NCBI GenBank assembly: GCA_001464935.1
Contig: LNEL01000053.1
Location: forward strand, 8,897 to 72,896
Source: Gammaproteobacteria bacterium Ga0077536
GTDB lineage: Bacteria > Pseudomonadota > Gammaproteobacteria > Ga0077536
Length of the DNA: 64,000 bases
Direction of reading: 5' to 3'
Shown here: in pieces, positions 31,405 through 38,967 of the stretch
Layout: every line of letters starts with the position of its first letter
Position numbering within the stretch: position 1 is the first letter of the stretch
Made by a program: the position numbers and the translations under genes
Notes under the pieces: generated by a model
Seen by the model: the letters and a program-made list of their open reading frames with translations, nothing else
The model's database searches: none
Told to the model about the DNA's origin: nothing

Positions 31405-32452
31405 CGTCAGTGTCCTTGTCGTTGGATCGGATGAGCCAGACTGGCTGCGTCGGCGACAGGTCGTCGCCGCGTTCGCCGTGCCACCCGCAGCGGGCGCCGA
31501 CGTTGTTGCCAGTCACGATCTGACAGCGCAGCCCATCTGCCTTACGCGCGTCAATGAAGTCGGCGACCGCCGCGGCACTTGCCGCGTCGGGCGCGAACAG
31601 GAATCCGGTCGGCCCCCACGAACTCTGGCCGATGCCGGGCAGGCCGAACTCGCGCGCAGCCATCGTCAGCAGTTCGCCGACGCGCCGGCTCGTGTAGCGC
31701 CCGCCCTGGGCCGGCGCGAAATGATCGCCATTCGCCGCCTGCACGGTCGCCAGATGGCGCGCGAATGCCGCAAAATCGGCTTCGACGAGCGCCGGCATCA
31801 GGCCGACCAGAATCGTGCGCGCGAGTCCTGCGGCGGTGGCATCGGACATCGGCGCGAGCTGCGTGAAGGCCGCGCGCTCGCGCTGGCCGCTGAGGCCTTC
31901 GTCCATCGCGTCGAATACCAGCACGCAGCGCCAGTCGGCCGGAAAGGCCAGGCGCGCAAGCAGGGGCGGCGAGACGGTTGCCGGACCGCGCCCGCCGTCG
32001 ACGACGAAGCCGCCGCCTTCGAACGCCGCGATGCCGATGCCCGACCGCTGGCCGCGTCCGGCGAGCGCGGCGAGTTCGCGCGGCGGCAGATTGGCGCCGA
32101 GCGCGTGCGCGGCGGCGAGTGCGGCGGCGAGCGCGAGTTGTGTGCCGGAGCCGAGACCGGCGTGCGCGGGCGGCATCTGCTCCACCGTGACCTGCACCGC
32201 ACGCCCCGGCGCGCAGCGCGCGCTGACCCGCTCGAGGACGGGCAGCAGGCGCGACGGCGTCACGCCGTCGACACCGAAGCTGTCGGCGGCCGCGGCGCGC
32301 ACACAGGTGTCGAGACCATCGATGCACAAACCGATGCTGCCGAACTGCCGGTCGAGCGCGCCACTCAGATCGACGAATCCGAGATGCAGGCGCGCCGGCG
32401 CGACGACGACATGGCCGGCGGAGCGATCTTCGGTCACTTGGGTGGGTGTCAT
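31373..32452 (-). CDS. mptG: beta-ribofuranosylaminobenzene 5'-phosphate synthase
   Basis: The start is ATG 32452 (MTPTQV...). It has a GHMP-kinase-like fold (PAHAGLGSGTQLALA) and overlaps mtdB by 32 nt. Confidence 0.85.
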   Translation of the reverse strand: MTPTQVTEDRSAGHVVVAPARLHLGFVDLSGALDRQFGSIGLCIDGLDTCVRAAAADSFGVDGVTPSRLLPVLERVSARCAPGRAVQVTVEQMPPAHAGLGSGTQLALAAALAAAHALGANLPPRELAALAGRGQRSGIGIAAFEGGGFVVDGGRGPATVSPPLLARLAFPADWRCVLVFDAMDEGLSGQRERAAFTQLAPMSDATAAGLARTILVGLMPALVEADFAAFARHLATVQAANGDHFAPAQGGRYTSRRVGELLTMAAREFGLPGIGQSSWGPTGFLFAPDAASAAAVADFIDARKADGLRCQIVTGNNVGARCGWHGERGDDLSPTQPVWLIRSNDKDTDDERPLSAARL

Positions 32453-32500
32453 GCGCAGCGGTTCGTTGCGGGCGCGAGTCGCGCCCCACAATAGTAACCG

Positions 32501-33916
32501 ATGCCTCACGCTTGGGCAGCGGACAGCCGACAAGGTGGTCGTGCGTGGTCCGCGTGTGGTACTTTACGCGGACCCTCCACGGCCGTTGCGAGCGTGGCTG
32601 GCAAACCCGATAAGCCCAGTTCGATTGAACTTGCAGTTCGTAATGCCGTGCCTGAACAACTCGCCGAAAATTCCGATCCGTCCACGCTGCACCATGCGGT
32701 TGCCTGTCCGTTTTGCGGGCTGCTGTGCGACGACCTCGTCGTCGCCGAGACACGCGGCGCACTGAGCGTCACCGACAATGGCTGCGCGAAAGCGCGCATC
32801 GCCTATGCGCGGCCGGTCGTGGCGGCCTCGCCGCTCGTCAACGGCAAACCGGCCAGCCTCGACGATGCGCTGAACGCCGCGGCGCGACAGTTGAAGCGCA
32901 GCCGCCAGCCGCTGTTCGGCGGGTTCGGTACCGACATCGACGGGGCCCGCGCCGCGCTCGCGCTCGCTGAACGCTGCGGCGCCATCGTCGATCACCTGCA
33001 CGGCCGCGCGCTGGCGCACAACGTGCGCGTGCTGCAGACCCGCGGTCTCGCCACCACCACACTCGCCGAGGTGCGCAATCGGGCCGACCTCGTCGTGCTC
33101 GTGGGCGCCGATATCAACGACGACTTTCACGAATTCGCCCGCCGTTGCCTGCGCCCATCGTCAGCGCTCGCCGAGGAGCGGCTCGCCACGCGGCGCGTGT
33201 TCCACCTCGGGCCGGCGCGCGAGGCGCCGCGTCAGCCCGGCGTCGACGCCGAATCCATCGCGTGTTCGAGAGAAGAAGTCCTGGACCTGGTGAACGCACT
33301 GCGCGCGCTGCGTCTGCAACGTCAGCCGCGCCTGCGCGGCAAGCGGCTGCAGGCCGTGTCGAACCTCGCCGGCGCAATTGCAGCGAGCGAATATGCGGTG
33401 TTCGTGTGGACGCCTGGCCAACTCGGGGAAGACGGCGATCTGGTCATCGGTGCCGTCTGCGATCTGATCGCCGACATCAACCGCAGCAAGCGCGCGGCGG
33501 GCCTCGCACTCGGCGGCAACGATGGCGGTCAGAGCGCCATCGCCACCGCCGCGTGGCTGACAGGCTATCCGCTCCAGCTGTCCTACGCCGGCCGTACGCT
33601 CGAATACGATCCGCTGCGCTATGACACCGCGCGCCTGCTCGCCGCTGGCGCGGTCGATTCGCTGCTGTGGGTCAGCACCTTCAATCCGCATCCGGCGCCG
33701 GTGACGGACCTGCCGCAGACCGTCATCGGCATGCCGACGGCGCAGGCGTCGTCGATGCGCGGTGTGTACCTGCCGGCGGGCACGCCCGGACTCGATCACC
33801 GCGGCCAGTTGATTCGCACCGACGGCGTCGTCGCGCTGCCGCTGCCGCAGCTGCGCGACGTGGCGCTGCCGTCGGCGGCATTCCTGCTCCACGAAATCGC
33901 GAAACGGATGGGTTGA
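32501..33916 (+). CDS. fhcB: formylmethanofuran dehydrogenase subunit B homologue
   Basis: The conserved body begins around ACPFCGLLCDDL. ATG 32501 lies only 48 nt from the divergent mptG start, so the true start may be an internal GTG at about 32594 or 32650. Confidence 0.82.
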   Translation: MPHAWAADSRQGGRAWSACGTLRGPSTAVASVAGKPDKPSSIELAVRNAVPEQLAENSDPSTLHHAVACPFCGLLCDDLVVAETRGALSVTDNGCAKARIAYARPVVAASPLVNGKPASLDDALNAAARQLKRSRQPLFGGFGTDIDGARAALALAERCGAIVDHLHGRALAHNVRVLQTRGLATTTLAEVRNRADLVVLVGADINDDFHEFARRCLRPSSALAEERLATRRVFHLGPAREAPRQPGVDAESIACSREEVLDLVNALRALRLQRQPRLRGKRLQAVSNLAGAIAASEYAVFVWTPGQLGEDGDLVIGAVCDLIADINRSKRAAGLALGGNDGGQSAIATAAWLTGYPLQLSYAGRTLEYDPLRYDTARLLAAGAVDSLLWVSTFNPHPAPVTDLPQTVIGMPTAQASSMRGVYLPAGTPGLDHRGQLIRTDGVVALPLPQLRDVALPSAAFLLHEIAKRMG

Positions 33917-33919
33917 GGC

Positions 33920-35596
33920 ATGGCGGGCAGATCGATCACCGAACTACGCGGCGGTCGGGTCTACGACCCGGCCCACGGCATCGACGGCGTCGTCCAGTCG
34001 ATCTATCTCTGCGACGGCCAAGTCGTCGGCGCACCGTCGGATCCGTCCGACATCAAAGTCAGCCATGACCTCAGCGGTTGCATCGTGATGGCGGGTGGCA
34101 TCGACATCCACACGCACATCGGCGGCGGCAAGGTGAACCTCGCGCGCATGATGCTGCCCGAGGATCATCGCCAGGATCTCGTCGCGCGCGGCCGCCATCC
34201 GCGCATGGGCAGCGGCCACGCAGCGCCGTCCACCCTGACGGTCGGCTATCGCTACGCCGAGATGGGTTATACCGCCTGCTTCGAACCGGCCATGCTCGCG
34301 GCGAACGCGCGCCAGGCACACCTGGAGATGGGCGACACCCCGATAGTCGACAAGGGCGCCTACGTGCTCCTCGGCAATGACGACCTGATGCTGCGCATGC
34401 TGGCTGGCAAGGAACCCGGTGTGAAAGTCCGCGATTACATTGCATGGACGCTGCGCGCGGCACAGGCGATGGCAATCAAGGTCGTGAACCCGGGCGGCAT
34501 CAATGCGTTCAAGTTCAACCAGCGCAAGCTCGATCTCGACGAGCAGAACGCCTATTACGGCATCACGCCGCGGCAAGTCCTGCTGGCGCTGGCCGACGGC
34601 ATCCGTGAACTGGGCCTGCCGCATCCGCTGCACATCCACGGCTGCAATCTCGGCGTGCCGGGCAACCTGGACACGACGCTCGCGACGATCGCCGCGCTCG
34701 ATGGCCTGCCGGCACACCTGACGCACGTGCAGTTCCACAGCTACGGAACGGAGGGTGATCGCAAGTTCTCTTCCGGCGCGGCCGCGGTGGCCGAAGCCGT
34801 GAACCGCAGCCCGAACATCTCGATGGACGTCGGCCAGATCCTGTTCGGCCAGACGGTTACCGAGTCAGGCGACAGCATGCGCCAGTACGCGGGCAGCGCC
34901 TTCGGCAGTCCGAAGAAGAGCGTGCTGATGGACATCGAATGCGACGCCGGTTGCGGCGTCGTGCCGTTCAAGTACAAGGACAAGAATTTCGTCAACGCGC
35001 TGCAATGGGCCATCGGCCTCGAGCTGTTCCTGCTCGTCAGCGATCCGTGGCGCCTGTTCCTGACCACCGATCACCCGAACGGCGCGCCGTTCACGACCTA
35101 TCCGCACCTGATTCGCCTGCTGATGGATCGCTCCTTCCGCAATGACATGCTGAAGACCATCAACCCGGACGCGGCGGCGGCGAGCACGCTGGCGTCGATC
35201 GAGCGCGAGTACACGCTGTATGAAATCGCGATCATGACGCGCGCGGGACCGGCACGCAGTCTGGGGCTCGGCAATCTTGGGCATCTCGGCGTCGGCGCGC
35301 GTGGCGATGTGGCGGTCTATGTCGATCATCCCGATCGCGAGCGCATGTTCACCACGCCGCGCTTCGTGTTCAAGGCCGGCGAGATGATCGTGCGCGATGG
35401 ACGCGTGATCGCGAGCCCGACAGGCGCGACGCACGTGATGCGTGTCGATTACGACACCTCCATCGAACGCACGCTGGACGCCTACTTCGAGCGCTACATG
35501 ACCGTCAGCCGGCGCAACCTCGCGGTAGCCGACGGCGAAATCGACGGCGACGGCCGCGGCAGTCTGATTGCGCACGGCGCGCGGCGATCATCATGA
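33920..35596 (+). CDS. fhcA: formylmethanofuran dehydrogenase subunit A homologue
   Basis: 558 aa of the amidohydrolase superfamily (GGIDIHTHIGGG). Confidence 0.92.
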   Translation: MAGRSITELRGGRVYDPAHGIDGVVQSIYLCDGQVVGAPSDPSDIKVSHDLSGCIVMAGGIDIHTHIGGGKVNLARMMLPEDHRQDLVARGRHPRMGSGHAAPSTLTVGYRYAEMGYTACFEPAMLAANARQAHLEMGDTPIVDKGAYVLLGNDDLMLRMLAGKEPGVKVRDYIAWTLRAAQAMAIKVVNPGGINAFKFNQRKLDLDEQNAYYGITPRQVLLALADGIRELGLPHPLHIHGCNLGVPGNLDTTLATIAALDGLPAHLTHVQFHSYGTEGDRKFSSGAAAVAEAVNRSPNISMDVGQILFGQTVTESGDSMRQYAGSAFGSPKKSVLMDIECDAGCGVVPFKYKDKNFVNALQWAIGLELFLLVSDPWRLFLTTDHPNGAPFTTYPHLIRLLMDRSFRNDMLKTINPDAAAASTLASIEREYTLYEIAIMTRAGPARSLGLGNLGHLGVGARGDVAVYVDHPDRERMFTTPRFVFKAGEMIVRDGRVIASPTGATHVMRVDYDTSIERTLDAYFERYMTVSRRNLAVADGEIDGDGRGSLIAHGARRSS

Positions 35597-36489
35597 AAAT
35601 CAACGGCACGTTCATCGAGGACACTTTCGCCGAAGCCTTCCCGATGAAGGCGACGCGACTGATCATCACCGCCTACAACGCCACCTGGGCCAATCACGCG
35701 GCGAACGCGTTGACAGGCTTCGCAACCTCCGTGATCGCCTGCGGTTGCGAGGCCGGCATCGAACGCCAGCTCAAGCCGTCGGAAACTCCCGACGGGCGGC
35801 CCGGCGTGGCGGTGCTGTTGTTCGCGATGAGCAACAAGGAACTGACGAAGCAGCTGCAGAACCGCGTCGGCCAATGCGTCCTGACGTCGCCCACGAGCGC
35901 GTGCTACAGCGGCATCGCCGAAGGCGACCCGCTGCCACTCGGCAAGACGCTGCGCTTCTTCGGCGACGGCTACCAGATTGCCAAGAAGCTCGGTCCCACC
36001 CGCTACTGGCGCGTCCCCGTGATGGACGGCGAATTCCTGTGCGAGGACACCACCCGCGTGACCAAGGCGGTCGGCGGCGGCAATTTCCTGATCCTCGCGA
36101 CGAACCAGGCGCAGGCCCTTGCGGCCAGCGAACGGGCCATCACGGCGATGCGCAAAGTGCCAGGCGTGATCATGCCGTTCCCCGGTGGCGTCGTGCGCTC
36201 GGGCTCCAAGGTCGGGTCGAAGTACAAGACGCTGCCCGCTTCGACGAATCATCGTTATTGTCCGACCCTGCGCGGCGTCGTCGATTCGGCACTGTCGGAC
36301 CAGGTCGGCGCCGTGCTCGAAATCGTCATCGACGGCCTGACCGCGCCGGCCATCGACGAGGCGACGCGTGTCGGCATCCGCGCCGCCTGCACGCTTGGCA
36401 GCAAGCGCGGCATTCTTGCCATCAGCGCCGGCAACTATGGCGGCAATCTCGGCCCCTTCCACTTCAAACTGCGCCAGATCCTGAAATGA
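35593..36489 (+). CDS. fhcD: formylmethanofuran--tetrahydromethanopterin N-formyltransferase
   Basis: 298 aa: MKINGTFIEDTFAEAFPMKATRLIITA.... It has an ATGA overlap with fhcA. Confidence 0.93.
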   Translation: MKINGTFIEDTFAEAFPMKATRLIITAYNATWANHAANALTGFATSVIACGCEAGIERQLKPSETPDGRPGVAVLLFAMSNKELTKQLQNRVGQCVLTSPTSACYSGIAEGDPLPLGKTLRFFGDGYQIAKKLGPTRYWRVPVMDGEFLCEDTTRVTKAVGGGNFLILATNQAQALAASERAITAMRKVPGVIMPFPGGVVRSGSKVGSKYKTLPASTNHRYCPTLRGVVDSALSDQVGAVLEIVIDGLTAPAIDEATRVGIRAACTLGSKRGILAISAGNYGGNLGPFHFKLRQILK

Positions 36490-37298
36490 GCACGCTGATC
36501 CTGCGCCTCGAGGCTGCCCCCGATTTCGATGTCGACCTGAGCGGCATTACGCCGGATGCCCTCAAGGACAAACGCCTGCCTGACATCCGGCGCCTGAAGC
36601 TGCGCCAGGGGCAGCGCGACATGGCGCTTGGCGATCTGTTCGCCATCGACGGCACGGTCGGCGGCGACGAACTCGAGATACACGGCGCCTGTACGCGCCT
36701 GCATCACGTCGGGGCCGGCATGCGCGCCGGCCAGCTGCGCGTGATCGGCGACTGTGGCGCGTGGCTCGGCAGCGAGATGCGCGGCGGCACGCTGAGCGTG
36801 CGCGGCAATGCCGGCGACGGCGTCGGCGCCAGCATGCGCGGCGGCCTCATCGACATCAGCGGCAGCGTCGGCGACTACCTCGGCGCGCCGTTTCCTGGCG
36901 CTGTCTCGGGCATGAAGGGCGGCACGATTCTCGTGCAGCGTCGCGCGGGACGCCGCGTCGGCGATCGCATGCGGCGGGGTCTTGTCGTCATCGGCGGCGA
37001 CGCCGGCCATGGCTGTGGCAGCCAGATGATCGCGGGCAGCATCGTGGTGCTCGGCGCGGTCGACAGTGGTGTTGGCACCGGCATGCGGCGCGGCACGATC
37101 GCGTTGGCCCAGGCGCCCGCCGGGTTGGGGCCGGGCTTCGCCCTCAACGGACATTTCGATCTCGCCTTCACCCAGCTCCTGCTGCGCCATGTCGGCGGCC
37201 TCAAATCCGCCTGGCGCTCCCGCCTGTCCGGCATCGCCTCGGTCGAACGCTGGGTCGGGGATGCGGGCGGGCTCGGCGAAATCCTGATCCTGAGTTGA
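36486..37298 (+). CDS. fhcC: formylmethanofuran dehydrogenase subunit C homologue
   Basis: The start is ATG 36486, overlapping the fhcD stop. It carries repeated G-rich beta-helix repeats (GxxxGxxMRGGxIxVxGxxG). Confidence 0.9.
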   Translation: MSTLILRLEAAPDFDVDLSGITPDALKDKRLPDIRRLKLRQGQRDMALGDLFAIDGTVGGDELEIHGACTRLHHVGAGMRAGQLRVIGDCGAWLGSEMRGGTLSVRGNAGDGVGASMRGGLIDISGSVGDYLGAPFPGAVSGMKGGTILVQRRAGRRVGDRMRRGLVVIGGDAGHGCGSQMIAGSIVVLGAVDSGVGTGMRRGTIALAQAPAGLGPGFALNGHFDLAFTQLLLRHVGGLKSAWRSRLSGIASVERWVGDAGGLGEILILS

Positions 37299-37305
37299 AT
37301 GACAC

Positions 37306-38967
37306 ATGGCTGAACACCGCCGCAAAGGCCGGGCACGCGGACGACAGGTCGACGATCACGCCGCGGCTGACATCAAGACGCTGCTCGGCGACATGCCCCG
37401 CCGTCGCGATCTGCTGATCGAGTATCTGCACCTCATCCAGGATCGTTACGGCTGCATCCATTCGTCGCACGCGGTGGCGCTCGCCGCCGAACTGCGGCTC
37501 GCGCCGACCGAGGTCTACGAGGTCGCGACCTTCTATCATCATTTCGACGTCATCAAGGACGACGCGCCACGCCCACCGGCATTGACGGTGCGCGTCTGCG
37601 AATCCGTGAGCTGCGAGATGTTCGGCGCCGAGGAACTCGTGCGGGACCTCGAAGCCGGCGTCGATGGCACCCGGGTGCGCGTGCAACGCGTGCCCTGTGT
37701 CGGACGTTGCCACGGCGCGCCGGTCGCGGTGGTCGGACAGCGCGCCTTCGAGCGCGCCGACGCCGGAACAGTGCTGGACGCCGTTGCACGCGCGGACACT
37801 GCGCCGCAGCCGACTGCCCATCAGACCTACGACCAGTACCGAGCGGCCGGCGGTTACCGCTTGTTCGAAGCCTGCGTCGACGGCGCACGCGATCGCGAAG
37901 CCGTCATCAAGGAACTGCAGGACTCGAAACTGCGCGGCCTCGGGGGCGCCGGGTTCCCGGCCGGCAACAAGTGGGCGATCCTGCGCCAGCAGCACGCGCC
38001 ACGCCTGCTCGCGGTCAACATCGATGAAGGCGAACCCGGCACGTTCAAGGACCGTCACTACCTCGAGCGCGATCCGCATCGTTTTCTCGAAGGCATGCTG
38101 ATCGCGGCCTGGGCCATCGACGCCGCCACCTGTTACATCTACCTGCGCGATGAGTACGCCGGCTGCCGCGAGACCCTGCTCGCCGAACTTGCTGCGCTGC
38201 AAGCCAGACCGCCACGGCCGCTGCCCGCGATCGAATTACGGCGCGGCGCCGGCGCATACATCTGCGGCGAAGAGTCCGCGATGATCGAATCCATCGAAGG
38301 CAAGCGCGGCATGCCGCGCCTGCGGCCGCCGTATGTCGCGCAGGTCGGGCTGTTCGGGCGGCCGACGCTCGAACACAACATGGAAACCCTGTACTGGGTG
38401 CGCGACATCATCGAACGCGGCGCGGCGTGGTTCGCTGCGCACGGCCGGCGCGGACGCGTCGGCCTGCGCTCGTTTTCGGTCAGCGGGCGGGTCGCGAAGC
38501 CGGGCGTGCACCTGGCGCCGGCCGGCATTTCAGTGCGCGAACTGATCGACGAGTACTGCGGTGGCATGCTGCCCGGCCACCAGTTCTACGGTTATTTTCC
38601 CGGCGGTGCGTCCGGCGGCATTCTGCCCGCCTCGCTCGGCGACCTGCCACTCGACTTTGACACGCTGCAGCCCCACGGCTGCTTCATCGGTTCGGCTGCC
38701 GTCATCGTGCTGTCCGATCACGACAGTGCGCGCGCCGCGGCCCTGAACGCCATGCGCTTCTTCAAGCACGAGTCCTGTGGCCAGTGCACACCATGCCGCG
38801 TCGGCACCGACAAGGCCGTGGGCCTGATGGAAGCGCCGGTCTGGAACCAGGCGTTGCTGCAGGATCTCGCGCGCGCGATGGAAGACGCTTCCATCTGCGG
38901 CCTTGGCCAGGCGGCGCCGAATCCCTTGCGCTGCGCAATGCGCTATTTTCCGCAGGAGTTCGAATGA
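37306..38967 (+). CDS. fdsB: NAD-dependent formate dehydrogenase beta subunit with fused NuoE-like 2Fe-2S domain
   Basis: 553 aa. The N-terminal part has CESVSC...CVGRC, the NuoE/FdsG-type Cys pattern. The C-terminal part has GLGGAGFPAGNKW (FMN) and ESCGQCTPCRVG (4Fe-4S). Confidence 0.9.
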   Translation: MAEHRRKGRARGRQVDDHAAADIKTLLGDMPRRRDLLIEYLHLIQDRYGCIHSSHAVALAAELRLAPTEVYEVATFYHHFDVIKDDAPRPPALTVRVCESVSCEMFGAEELVRDLEAGVDGTRVRVQRVPCVGRCHGAPVAVVGQRAFERADAGTVLDAVARADTAPQPTAHQTYDQYRAAGGYRLFEACVDGARDREAVIKELQDSKLRGLGGAGFPAGNKWAILRQQHAPRLLAVNIDEGEPGTFKDRHYLERDPHRFLEGMLIAAWAIDAATCYIYLRDEYAGCRETLLAELAALQARPPRPLPAIELRRGAGAYICGEESAMIESIEGKRGMPRLRPPYVAQVGLFGRPTLEHNMETLYWVRDIIERGAAWFAAHGRRGRVGLRSFSVSGRVAKPGVHLAPAGISVRELIDEYCGGMLPGHQFYGYFPGGASGGILPASLGDLPLDFDTLQPHGCFIGSAAVIVLSDHDSARAAALNAMRFFKHESCGQCTPCRVGTDKAVGLMEAPVWNQALLQDLARAMEDASICGLGQAAPNPLRCAMRYFPQEFE